Positions 18,884 through 28,326 of a DNA stretch of 64,000 bases are shown here, piece after piece; the stretch's first letter is position 1, and every line of letters begins with the position of its first letter. A program made the position numbers and the translations under genes. The notes beneath the pieces are model-generated. The model had not been told where the DNA came from and searched no databases. It saw only the letters and a program-made list of their open reading frames with translations. The stretch is from IMG/VR virus record IMGVR_UViG_3300006310_000001; one strand, given 5' to 3'. This stretch comes from a virus.

Positions 18884-19835
18884 TATTCTCCTTAAACCAA
18901 CTTATATATTTTCTAATACCATATTCAATATCTATTTTTGGTTCCCATCCTGTTATTTTTTTCAATTTACTATTATCTAAAGTATCTCTAGTTGGATAAA
19001 AAGAATCCGAATCTTTAATATTTAATTTACAACTAAACTGTCCCATACAATCTTTAACAATTCTTGCCGCTTCTACTATAGTTCTACCTCGTCCTCTTGA
19101 ACAATTAAAAATCTGATTTACAGCACCTTTATGCAATGCACCGTGTATAAATGCTTCTGCAACTTCTGAAACATCTGTAAAATCTAATTTACTATGAACA
19201 CCATTAACATCAATTTCACTTTTTTCTATAGCACTTTTTGCCATTTTACTTATAACTCTTATAATCATATCTCTTGTTCCATATATTGCACTAGGTCTTA
19301 ATATAGAATATTCTAATTCATAATCCTTATTAAAAGATTTAATCATTTGTTCGCCTGCTAATTTATAAGAACCATAAAGTGTTTTAGGGTCTGTTGGATG
19401 AAATTCATCTGGTGCTTGTGTTAAAAAATCACCATACACCATACTTGAAGACGCATATACAATTCTTTTTACTTTATGTTTAACACACAATTGTAAAATC
19501 TTTAAAGTACCAGTAATTGCTGTTTTAGTTTCTTGTTCAATATTACCTAATAACATATTAGCATTAGGACAACTTGCTAAATGTATAACTATATCAGGTT
19601 TAAAACTTTCAAATACAGTTTCAGATTTTAAAATATCTCTTAAATATATATTATCTGCCTTAGCATATTTTATTCTTTGCGCTAATACTTTCCTATACAA
19701 TCTAACATCATAGTATTTGTAATCTGTATAGTTGTCTATTACACCTACGGTATGACCTAACTTTTTTAATATATGTGATATGTGGCAACCAATAAATCCG
19801 TGACCACCTGTTATTAAGATTTTATAGTTTTCCAT
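18876..19835 (-). CDS. NAD-dependent nucleotide-sugar epimerase/dehydratase (extended SDR)
   Basis: TGGHGFIG, ASSSMVYG and YGSYK. Confidence 0.9.
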   Translation of the reverse strand: MENYKILITGGHGFIGCHISHILKKLGHTVGVIDNYTDYKYYDVRLYRKVLAQRIKYAKADNIYLRDILKSETVFESFKPDIVIHLASCPNANMLLGNIEQETKTAITGTLKILQLCVKHKVKRIVYASSSMVYGDFLTQAPDEFHPTDPKTLYGSYKLAGEQMIKSFNKDYELEYSILRPSAIYGTRDMIIRVISKMAKSAIEKSEIDVNGVHSKLDFTDVSEVAEAFIHGALHKGAVNQIFNCSRGRGRTIVEAARIVKDCMGQFSCKLNIKDSDSFYPTRDTLDNSKLKKITGWEPKIDIEYGIRKYISWFKENNE

Positions 19836-20365
19836 TTTATATTCTCTTGTTCAATTAACACTTCTAAACACAACCAACATTTATCATCCCAATTTTTATG
19901 TGTATGGTGTGTCATTATTGTATCATTTTCTGGTACTTTAATTTCTTCCACAACGTTATCTTTAACTTTCATCAAATCAATTACATTTTTACTATCAGAA
20001 ACTTTTTTAAATCCCATATCATATAACAACTTATAATCACCATCAAATTTATTCCACGGTGGAACAAAACAAGAATAAAATTGCTTCTTAAATAATGATT
20101 CTAACATACTTTTACCTGTTTGTATATCTAACCTATCAAACTTTTCAAATTTTGGTTTATCTTTATCTGCACTATTAATATGTTTCCAACCGTGCTGTAC
20201 TACAGTTACATTAGGATATTTTTTAATTAATTCTACAAGATTAAATTTTATACTACCAGGAATAACTGCCAACATTACTGGTATCCTTTTTGTAAGTTCT
20301 AAAAATCTACGAGTGCTTTGTGTCAACTCAAAACAATCATCATCCCTTAAAATTAATTCACGCAT
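19814..20365 (-). CDS. polysaccharide deacetylase-like (NodB/DUF2334-type) protein
   Basis: LRDDD, QHGWKH and FVPPWN motifs. Confidence 0.7.
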   Translation of the reverse strand: MRELILRDDDCFELTQSTRRFLELTKRIPVMLAVIPGSIKFNLVELIKKYPNVTVVQHGWKHINSADKDKPKFEKFDRLDIQTGKSMLESLFKKQFYSCFVPPWNKFDGDYKLLYDMGFKKVSDSKNVIDLMKVKDNVVEEIKVPENDTIMTHHTHKNWDDKCWLCLEVLIEQENIKWKTIKS

Positions 20366-21279
20366 ATTTTCTCCAATAATTGTTTTGTCTTTTGTACACC
20401 GTTCATATCTGGTTTAGTTTTCATATTATCTACAAGTCTTGCTCTTGTAGTTTGTTCTTGTTCTCCAAATTGGTCTACATATGGAATAAATTTTGCAGGT
20501 GTATCAGTCATCCATAAGTCCATAACTGTATTATATCCTGCCTGACTAATAGATAGTTTATGTTTAGCAAGTAAATCTCTAAAATTTTTAACATTATAAA
20601 CTATCTTTACTTTTTTCTTATCACTTGCCCATTGTTTAAATTTTTCTAAATGTTCTTTTGGATAATTAGGACCAACAGAAAAAGTCCAATCTGTTCCATC
20701 ATATAATTCCATTGCCTTATCAAAAACTTCTTCTGCAACTCTACCACCTCCAGCAGATACAACTGTACCATTTCTTTTCTGTGGTTCTGGTTTATATGTG
20801 TCAGTTACATAACCTGTATAGTAAACAGGTGGATCAATTAAATTTAAATGTTCAAAACTTTCATCTAACTCAATAAAATTTTTATCTCCGTGTACAAGTA
20901 TAACGTCAATATATTCATTTGCCCACTCAACAGTTCTAGCAGGAAATCTTGTTGGCTTTTTACCTCCTTTAAATGGATAACAAATATCTCTAATAGATGA
21001 TACAATTTTTACATTATTATTTACAGACTTTAATAAAAATTCCATACCAGAATCAAACCATTCATATCTCATAAAAGGAAATCCATCCAATAATATAACA
21101 TCTGGTTTATAATCATTTATTATTTCTAATTGCTTAGTAAATATTGTTCTTCTTTCATCATCTGTAAATGTACCAGTTATATATTCAAACTTACAATCAT
21201 CAAGACCTTTTCTTATATTATTACATCTAACATAATGTCCATTACCTATTTGACTTTGACAAAAAATATATACTTTCAT
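20353..21279 (-). CDS. GT-B glycosyltransferase (GT28 C-terminal-like)
   Basis: GNGHYVR, VSAGGG, ISQAGYNT and EQ..RA; start moved to MKVYIF. Confidence 0.8.
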   Translation of the reverse strand: MKVYIFCQSQIGNGHYVRCNNIRKGLDDCKFEYITGTFTDDERRTIFTKQLEIINDYKPDVILLDGFPFMRYEWFDSGMEFLLKSVNNNVKIVSSIRDICYPFKGGKKPTRFPARTVEWANEYIDVILVHGDKNFIELDESFEHLNLIDPPVYYTGYVTDTYKPEPQKRNGTVVSAGGGRVAEEVFDKAMELYDGTDWTFSVGPNYPKEHLEKFKQWASDKKKVKIVYNVKNFRDLLAKHKLSISQAGYNTVMDLWMTDTPAKFIPYVDQFGEQEQTTRARLVDNMKTKPDMNGVQKTKQLLEKICVN

Positions 21280-23765
21280 CCTAAAAACGCTTCCAGACTT
21301 GCTTTCTTTTCGTGTTCCCAACCTATTGAGTTTAATATAAATCTCATAGGGTCTAGGAAAGTTTTCTCAAATTGTACTTCATAATCAATATACTCTTGTA
21401 GATTAAACTCTTTTGGTAGTTTAGTTATATAACTAATCACATCAAACTTAAATGGATTTGCTTGTAGTAATTTAATAAACTTAATCTTATCTCCTTCTTG
21501 TATATAAGGATACTTATTCTGCAATCCAAATTCTTTTATTTGATGATTATAAATCAAAGAACCTTTAACGTGTATTGGTGTACCTTTGATAAACACATCT
21601 TTACTACTAGCATATTTTCTCATATTATTACAAGACCTTGGAAATGATATCTGCTCAGCAGACATACTCATAAATTCTTTTTTGAAACCTGCAATGAAAG
21701 TATGTAAATCAGATTGTTCTTTTGACATAATTATTTTAATTGCTTCTTTAATCTTACCTCGGCATACTTGTGGAGTTGAAGATTTAATTGCCTCTACACC
21801 CATAATCTTTAGTTTAGGTTCAGACAATCTTACATCTTCCTCATCTAATACATTTAACATATATCTTTTTTTCGCAACCCATATACCTTTGTTCGCAATA
21901 ACTTCACGTGCCATAACCATTGCGTTCTTAAATGCGTTTGTATAGTCTGCAATGTCTTCAAATTGTTTTGCGATAAACGGTTCTAATTTATTATCACATA
22001 CCTTAGCAAGAAAATCACATACTTGTTGGTCTGTTTTATCTTTACAAGTCTTCTCTACAAGTTTATCAAACGATACATAAATTGAATCTGTATCAGACGC
22101 TAGTACATAATCTATTTCATTATGTGTTTGTAATATTTGATTTAGATATTCATTTACTTTTTGTTCTACAAATCTAATAATGAATTGTCCTGCTGTAGTT
22201 ACAGCACTTGCTTGTGCTATATCATAATATCTAAAGTACTGATTACCTATTGCACCATAACAACTGTTTAATGCAATCTTTCTTGCCCATTGTACATTAT
22301 GACATCTAGCAATTTCTTTTTTTAATTCGTTTGTTGGATTCTTTTGATATTCTCTTTGTGCTTTTAACTCACGTTTCTTATATATCACACGGTCTTTATA
22401 AATCTTTTCAATCATTTCAGGTAAGAACCCTTGACTATCTCTTTTAAACATTGCACCGTTAGGTGTTATACAAGCACCTTCAGTTTTTAAATAATCTAGG
22501 GGTGTCTTCTTACTCAACATTTTATTCACAGAAACACCAGATGGTTTAACACCTAATATTTTTTCGGGAGAAATATTATATTGTACAATAATATGTGGAT
22601 AAAGAGAGTTGATATCAAAAGACACCACCCATTTTTGCATACCTAATCTAGGTTCTTTCACATACGCACCTTCATATTTGGTGTCCTTTATGTGGTCTTC
22701 CCTAGGTGGTACACAAATCTTTTTTGTCATCAAGTGGTTTGCGATTAATGTATCCCAAACTCTCACCTGTGAGAAAATATCGTTATAGTTTACTTTAGTT
22801 TCATACGCAAAGGTTAAAGATAAATCAATTAACCCTAACTTGTCTTCTAAACCATCAACTATTTCTACGTCTTGAATATTATACTCTACGAATTTTTGAA
22901 AATCTTTTGTATAGAAATCTTTAAATGTTGGATATGGATTTTCTACTTTAGTTTCACCTAATTCAGTTTCACCTATAAAAGATAATCTATAACTCTCTTG
23001 TCTTACTGGTATAAACCATTTATATAAATCAAGATAATCTAACATTGCAATACCAAACAATGAATAATATGTATTAGGTCTACCTCTTATAATTATTTCT
23101 TCTTTATGTATTAAGTTCCAAGGCGACATTCTACTTGCAACTTTAGCACCTGCAACTAATTGAATTCTATTCATCAAGTATGGTAGGTCAAAGAATTTAG
23201 TATTCCAACCTGTAATAACATCTGGATAGTTCTTCAACCAGAATTTCATAAACTCCATTATTAAATGTCTTTCATCTGTACATTTAATATAAGTTACGTC
23301 TGTACGTAAAGTTTTAAACTCACCAACACCCCACGTTATAATTTGTTTGTTTGATTGATTTTTAACTGTAATACATAATAGTTCTTCAACTGGAGTATTT
23401 ACTTCTGGAAATCCATTTTCACAGGTACATTCTATATCTAATGTAAATATTTTAATTAATTCTTTTGACCACTTAACTTGTTTTGTATACTTTTCATTGA
23501 TGTATTGATAATGAAATCTATCAAGTCCATAGACTGGTGCATTTTTAGTAGCGACATCACGTTTAAATCTACGAGCAGCGTCAATAGATGAAAAAGTAAT
23601 AGGTCTTAAATTATGTCCTTGTAATGATTTAAATTCTTCTTGATGTTGTGATACTGAATATAATGTTGGAGAAAAATTAATCCTCTCTTTAAACTCTTTG
23701 CTATCTCTTACACCTCTAACAAGTAGTTTGCCTTTATGTTCTATTACATTTTTATAAAAGTTCAT
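21276..23765 (-). CDS. 43: family B DNA polymerase gp43
   Basis: DIEC exonuclease, SFDINSLYP, KIALNSCYG and SDTDS. Confidence 0.97.
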   Translation of the reverse strand: MNFYKNVIEHKGKLLVRGVRDSKEFKERINFSPTLYSVSQHQEEFKSLQGHNLRPITFSSIDAARRFKRDVATKNAPVYGLDRFHYQYINEKYTKQVKWSKELIKIFTLDIECTCENGFPEVNTPVEELLCITVKNQSNKQIITWGVGEFKTLRTDVTYIKCTDERHLIMEFMKFWLKNYPDVITGWNTKFFDLPYLMNRIQLVAGAKVASRMSPWNLIHKEEIIIRGRPNTYYSLFGIAMLDYLDLYKWFIPVRQESYRLSFIGETELGETKVENPYPTFKDFYTKDFQKFVEYNIQDVEIVDGLEDKLGLIDLSLTFAYETKVNYNDIFSQVRVWDTLIANHLMTKKICVPPREDHIKDTKYEGAYVKEPRLGMQKWVVSFDINSLYPHIIVQYNISPEKILGVKPSGVSVNKMLSKKTPLDYLKTEGACITPNGAMFKRDSQGFLPEMIEKIYKDRVIYKKRELKAQREYQKNPTNELKKEIARCHNVQWARKIALNSCYGAIGNQYFRYYDIAQASAVTTAGQFIIRFVEQKVNEYLNQILQTHNEIDYVLASDTDSIYVSFDKLVEKTCKDKTDQQVCDFLAKVCDNKLEPFIAKQFEDIADYTNAFKNAMVMAREVIANKGIWVAKKRYMLNVLDEEDVRLSEPKLKIMGVEAIKSSTPQVCRGKIKEAIKIIMSKEQSDLHTFIAGFKKEFMSMSAEQISFPRSCNNMRKYASSKDVFIKGTPIHVKGSLIYNHQIKEFGLQNKYPYIQEGDKIKFIKLLQANPFKFDVISYITKLPKEFNLQEYIDYEVQFEKTFLDPMRFILNSIGWEHEKKASLEAFLG

Positions 23766-24090
23766 CTGGTCTCAAATGGAGAATTAAACCGTCAAGGTCT
23801 TTAGTAAGTTTTATTTGACAACTTAATCTACTAACACCTGGTTTATATCCTCTTTCATATTCTAATTGTTCTTCTTCTATTGATAAGTCTTCTGGTTGTG
23901 GTACTTTGTCTATCCACTTCTCATCAACATATACGTGGCACGTACAACACATACAATTACCACCACAATCGGCAGGAATTTCTGGTATTGGTACGTGTGA
24001 TTCAAATTTCGCTGCCTCCATTGCACTCAAACCTTCTTTAGTCTGAACACGAATCTTGGATCCGTCCCTTACAAAATATACATCTATCAC
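23752..24090 (-). CDS. fdx: [2Fe-2S] ferredoxin, adrenodoxin/ISC-Fdx type
   Basis: CGGNCMCCTCHVYV...SRLSCQI. Confidence 0.9.
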   Translation of the reverse strand: MIDVYFVRDGSKIRVQTKEGLSAMEAAKFESHVPIPEIPADCGGNCMCCTCHVYVDEKWIDKVPQPEDLSIEEEQLEYERGYKPGVSRLSCQIKLTKDLDGLILHLRPDELL

Positions 24091-24422
24091 TTATCTAATG
24101 TAGGCAAACCTGTTTCAGTTATTAACTGTTTTTTAGGTGTTACAATAGATGAAGTACTACTGACATAGTTTTGTTTAATATGTTCTTTTGGTTTTGTTAT
24201 AGATACAACTTTATCTGCGTTGACTTCAACAATATCTCCATCTGAATATGGAGCATAAGGCGTCATCATCAACTGTATAGGTTGTCCCTTTGCTGATTGT
24301 GTTGGTATGATAACGTACCCTTTATGTATTGTGATAACTTTTGAACCTACTGTAATTTTTCCGATAACATCTTCTCCAGTTATCAATCTACAGATTAAGA
24401 TTTCAGTTTCGCTAAGTGCCAT
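24087..24422 (-). CDS. conserved myovirus hypothetical protein (Sm-like fold candidate)
   Basis: RLITGEDVIG N-terminal motif, similar to 43709-44137. Confidence 0.6.
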   Translation of the reverse strand: MALSETEILICRLITGEDVIGKITVGSKVITIHKGYVIIPTQSAKGQPIQLMMTPYAPYSDGDIVEVNADKVVSITKPKEHIKQNYVSSTSSIVTPKKQLITETGLPTLDK

Positions 24423-24441
24423 TATATTTCTCCTTGATTAT

Positions 24442-24470
24442 AATATATCATAGAATTAAAAATTAGTCAA
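24442..24470 (-). promoter_or_regulatory. sigma70-type promoter
   Basis: TTGACT-N17-TATATT with TG extension, preceded by AACTAACA. Confidence 0.65.
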
Positions 24471-24780
24471 TGTTAGTTCTAGGTATGAACGGTGAATAAC
24501 CTCGTTCTTCTGCTTTTTGGTCGTCTTCTCCTACAATGGCTTGGACTTCAGGAACATAATGCTTAAGCATATCTTCCACACCTTGATGTAATGTTTGTTT
24601 AGACATTGCACATCCTGAACAACTACCTGCTAGTTCTAATTTTGCAACACCTAAATCCATATCAAAGTCTAAATAATTTATAAACCCACCGTGCTGAGCC
24701 ACAGCAGGAGCAACTTTATCTTCCAAGATAAATTTAATGTCCTTTGCTATCTCTTCTTTACTTCTGGTTATTTCAACCAT
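24463..24780 (-). CDS. NifU/NfuA C-terminal-type Fe-S cluster carrier
   Basis: VAPAVAQHGG and GSCSGC (CxxC)...TL..GVE. Confidence 0.9.
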   Translation of the reverse strand: MVEITRSKEEIAKDIKFILEDKVAPAVAQHGGFINYLDFDMDLGVAKLELAGSCSGCAMSKQTLHQGVEDMLKHYVPEVQAIVGEDDQKAEERGYSPFIPRTNID

Positions 24781-24793
24781 TGTAGTCCCTTCT

Positions 24794-24997
24794 TTATTGT
24801 CTTTGTAAATTTACTGCTGAATTACCTTTTTGTGTTTCAGTAATTTCAAAAGTTAGTTCATCGCCTTCATTAAGTTCCAGGTTTGCTGCTTTAGCCGCTG
24901 AGGAATGTACAAAAACATCCTTCTCATTGTCTTCTCTAGCAATAAAACCATAACCTTTTGTTGGGTTAAACCATTTTACTTTTCCGTTTATACTCAT
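24794..24997 (-). CDS. cold-shock (CspA-family) RNA chaperone
   Basis: GKVKWFN, KGYGFI (RNP1) and DVFVH (RNP2); start at MSING. Confidence 0.95.
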   Translation of the reverse strand: MSINGKVKWFNPTKGYGFIAREDNEKDVFVHSSAAKAANLELNEGDELTFEITETQKGNSAVNLQRQ

Positions 24998-24998
24998 C

Positions 24999-26411
24999 TT
25001 ATTTTTTATCTTCTCCTTTCTTGTCATCTAAACTATACTTTGTAGTTATTATATATTTACGATTCGGATTAACCATTACGTTAAAACGATTCATTGTTTC
25101 TCTATCAAATAATATTTTAGATTTTTCATCCCTATCATCTAGGGTAAATTCTACTTCTTTGTAATATCCACCTGCAAATTCTACATCAAGTTTTATTACT
25201 AATCTTTCTTCTTTATAATCTCTTAATCCGCCTACTTCAATTGTTTGCTTACGCACTATATCGTTTGTAAGTGTCTTGCCTTCTAATGACCAAGTAACTT
25301 TACCACCGCCTTTTTTTATTTTATCAGCGTGTATAACAGACGTACCAGAGTTACCTGTATCAAACTTACCTACTATACGTCCAAATGGATGTATATGGAC
25401 AACTTCTTTATATCCACACTCGGTAGGTACTTTCTTCCAGTTATCTCTATCTTCAAAATATTGTACTATTTCTTTACTTAAATTTCTATGTGTTGCCTCT
25501 TCTATACCTTCTGTACCTGGTGAAGAGTTAACTTCAATAACAAATGGTGATTCTTTTACTCTATCTTCCGAAGGAATAAAGTCTACTGCTACCCATTGAC
25601 CATCTACTGCCTTCGCCGCTTTTAAACTTTCTTCTGTTTCTATTTTTGTTAGTGTTAATTCTTCTACTTCTGCACCTCTTGATACATTACTTCTGAAATC
25701 TCCTGGTACAACTTTTCTTTTCATAGCAGCAAATACTTTACCTTGCAATACTAATACTCTAGCATCCCATTTAGTTTTTATATATTGTTGCAATAGTATA
25801 TCAGAATCTTCATCTTGTTTATTAAGTAATTGTACTATTGAATCTAATGATTTTTCTGATTCAATAAACAAGACACCAACACCTTTTGAACCTCTTAATG
25901 TCTTTAAGATAACAGGAAACTTTTCTTCCAAACTTTCAAATGATTGTATTGAATTTTCTGGATCAGTTACCAATACTGATTTAGGTTGTTTAATACCATA
26001 GTCTGCTAATCTTAATGAAGTTCTATATTTGTCAGCACACATACTAATACATTGTCTACTGTTAATTACACACACTTGGTGTTTTTCTAATCTTGATACC
26101 AAGTCCATCCAACTATCTCTACGTACTACTGAACCTCTTACAATAGCAACTGTATCTTTTGCTGATACTCTAAATCCTTTTTTGTCATCTTGATTATGGA
26201 AATACATTTCTCCATCATCTTCAACGGTTACATACCCACCAGTATTTCTATAGATGTATGACTTATGACCAAGCTTATCTGCTTGTTTCATTAAGTTCTT
26301 TGCTGTATGGAAATTTAAATCATCTTCAGGTTCATCTGATATAATGATTAATCTATATGATCCAGAAGTTTTTGCTTCTGTTATGTAATCTTTGAATTTT
26401 GGTATCTGCAT
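24999..26411 (-). CDS. rimK: RimK-family ATP-grasp ligase fused to a C-terminal retropepsin-like (RimB-like) protease
   Basis: [36 protein letters not shown] and EVNSSPG; C-terminal KFDTGNSG. Confidence 0.8.
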   Translation of the reverse strand: MQIPKFKDYITEAKTSGSYRLIIISDEPEDDLNFHTAKNLMKQADKLGHKSYIYRNTGGYVTVEDDGEMYFHNQDDKKGFRVSAKDTVAIVRGSVVRRDSWMDLVSRLEKHQVCVINSRQCISMCADKYRTSLRLADYGIKQPKSVLVTDPENSIQSFESLEEKFPVILKTLRGSKGVGVLFIESEKSLDSIVQLLNKQDEDSDILLQQYIKTKWDARVLVLQGKVFAAMKRKVVPGDFRSNVSRGAEVEELTLTKIETEESLKAAKAVDGQWVAVDFIPSEDRVKESPFVIEVNSSPGTEGIEEATHRNLSKEIVQYFEDRDNWKKVPTECGYKEVVHIHPFGRIVGKFDTGNSGTSVIHADKIKKGGGKVTWSLEGKTLTNDIVRKQTIEVGGLRDYKEERLVIKLDVEFAGGYYKEVEFTLDDRDEKSKILFDRETMNRFNVMVNPNRKYIITTKYSLDDKKGEDKK

Positions 26412-26879
26412 TTATTCATCACTCATTGGACTCGTAGTTGGTGTTGTTTTAAATTCTTTTTTCTTGTCGTCCACTTTCTTCCCAATGTTGTACTTAGCAG
26501 ATAACGTCCACTCTTTCTTTTCTTTAAATGGTAATACTTTTATCTGACTCAATGGTGCTTTATCTTCTGTTATATCCTTTTTAACTATATCAATTAAGTT
26601 CCAATCTTGTAATAATAAAGATATGGTATTTCTTCTTTGAATATCGTTTTGAGTTAATGTAGATTTTTTACCATCTAATGCAAATAATTCCTTGAAATGG
26701 ACTATATAATATTTGCCTTGCTTGTGTAATATATGACAAGATTGATATAATGTTTTATCTTTACGACTCGCCACACCTATTCTTGTTAACGTTTCCCTGA
26801 CTTTTAAAAAATCATCAGGTTGTTTAATGGTCACCTCAAGCATATCGCCTTGTGACCAACTAATAATATCCTCACTCAT
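26412..26879 (-). CDS. regA: translational repressor RegA
   Basis: DFLKVRETLTRIG, LYQSCHILHKQG and HFKELF. Confidence 0.97.
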   Translation of the reverse strand: MSEDIISWSQGDMLEVTIKQPDDFLKVRETLTRIGVASRKDKTLYQSCHILHKQGKYYIVHFKELFALDGKKSTLTQNDIQRRNTISLLLQDWNLIDIVKKDITEDKAPLSQIKVLPFKEKKEWTLSAKYNIGKKVDDKKKEFKTTPTTSPMSDE

Positions 26880-27271
26880 TTAAACTTTCTCCCACCTTGT
26901 ATAAGGTTTAATTTAAGTCTTTCAATTTGGTCATCTGTAAGTATGTTGAGTACTTCCTTTGCTTTTGTATTGCTATATCCATAATACTTTTTTACAATGT
27001 CTAGGTTCTTCAACTTGGTTTTTGATAACCACCTACCTCCAAATCGCCTTTTCTTTCGTATACTATTTATTAAATAGTGAAATTGCATACGTTTAGATAG
27101 AAAGTGTAGTCCGTTCATTTCATTACTATGCATTATGGTATCATAGAACATAGATAGACAACGGTTAATTACAAAGGGTGGGTACTTCTTTTCCCAAGTC
27201 GGGTCTGGTGTGTCTAATAAATTCTCTTTTGATTCATTAATAGCTTTAAGATAATCTTTTAGTTCGTACAT
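26876..27271 (-). CDS. 62: clamp loader small subunit gp62
   Basis: YPPFVINR and YYGYSNTKAKE; position before regA. Confidence 0.9.
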   Translation of the reverse strand: MYELKDYLKAINESKENLLDTPDPTWEKKYPPFVINRCLSMFYDTIMHSNEMNGLHFLSKRMQFHYLINSIRKKRRFGGRWLSKTKLKNLDIVKKYYGYSNTKAKEVLNILTDDQIERLKLNLIQGGRKFK

Positions 27272-27692
27272 AATTTGTGCTGTATCTTCTCAATAACATT
27301 TTCTCTTTACCTTCAATGTCTGTTAATTTTGTGATAGCTGGTTGCAATCTTTTTATTTCGTATCTAATATCTCCATTATTCATCTGACCTGTGGTATATC
27401 TAAAACCTTTGTCTACTTTATATAGTGAAGATACATTACTTGCTGATGTAGGACACTCTACAATATAAAACCCATCCATACATTTTTTAAGTTGATTCGT
27501 TTTAAGAGTAAAACAATCTTTAGTATAATAGCGAGTTTGTGTTTTAACTTCAACTCGTTCACCTTCTACTAATAAATCTTTATGACTATCAAAAGGATCA
27601 ATAGAGTGTTCTACTACTTTACCTGCCCTAGAATAGTAATTACTTACTATCTTTTCACCTATTTGACCGAGTACTGCTTTTCTATCCATCAT
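27246..27692 (-). CDS. PD-(D/E)xK nuclease-like protein
   Basis: GQIGEKIV...KDLLVEGERVEVKTQ. Confidence 0.6.
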   Translation of the reverse strand: MMDRKAVLGQIGEKIVSNYYSRAGKVVEHSIDPFDSHKDLLVEGERVEVKTQTRYYTKDCFTLKTNQLKKCMDGFYIVECPTSASNVSSLYKVDKGFRYTTGQMNNGDIRYEIKRLQPAITKLTDIEGKEKMLLRRYSTNYVRTKRLS

Positions 27693-27693
27693 T

Positions 27694-28326
27694 TCATCTT
27701 GCCCCTTTTTTTATATTAGCAATATGCTCCATAGGTTGTAAATTACTCCAATGAAAACATATGCGTTGCTGTTCTGGATCGGTTAAATTAAATTTAGAAC
27801 ACGCTTCAATATGGTCTACATCCCAACCTCCTCTACCATAATTCTCTTTTGTCATCCAAGGTTCAAATTTAGATTCTAAATGAGTCCATAATTCATCAAT
27901 TGTACAACCAAGTAATTCCATAGTTGAAGCTGACTTATCTTTACCTTTTAAAAGTTTATACAATCTGCTTCGTAAAGAATCAACTATTCTATAATTGGGA
28001 TCCGTTAGGCGTTTATTCTTGTCCCATCCTCTTCTCCATTCATCTATTCGGTCTTTATTTTTTAATTTCCATTCTTTTTTATGTTTTTTTACTTCGGGTC
28101 TACTATCGTATTCTTTTTTATGTTTTTTTATTTTTTCTTTATTTTTTAAACGGTATTCTCTTGAATATTTTTTATACCATTCTCTATATTTTAAACGGTA
28201 TCTTTTATAGTATTCTTTTTTACGTTCTTTATTTTTTAAATACCATCTTTTATCGTATTCTTTTTTACGTTCTTTATTTTTTAAATGGTATTGTTTATAG
28301 TATTCTTTTCTATTATTTGCTTTCAT
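27694..28326 (-). CDS. HNH endonuclease (homing-type) with basic N-terminal repeats
   Basis: GWDVDHI...FHWSNLQPM...N; KE(Y/R)K repeats. Confidence 0.8.
   Translation of the reverse strand: MKANNRKEYYKQYHLKNKERKKEYDKRWYLKNKERKKEYYKRYRLKYREWYKKYSREYRLKNKEKIKKHKKEYDSRPEVKKHKKEWKLKNKDRIDEWRRGWDKNKRLTDPNYRIVDSLRSRLYKLLKGKDKSASTMELLGCTIDELWTHLESKFEPWMTKENYGRGGWDVDHIEACSKFNLTDPEQQRICFHWSNLQPMEHIANIKKGAR
28070..28315. repeat. degenerate ~45-bp coding tandem repeat in the HNH gene
   Basis: TATTCTTTTTTACGTTCTTTATTTTTTAAA at 28211 and 28256, plus degenerate copies encoding KEY.K.Y.LKNKERK. Confidence 0.75.

Noticed and set aside
28070-28315. Possible CRISPR-like repeat array
   Set aside because: The repeats are degenerate, in frame, have no unique spacers and encode the basic N-terminus of the HNH protein.
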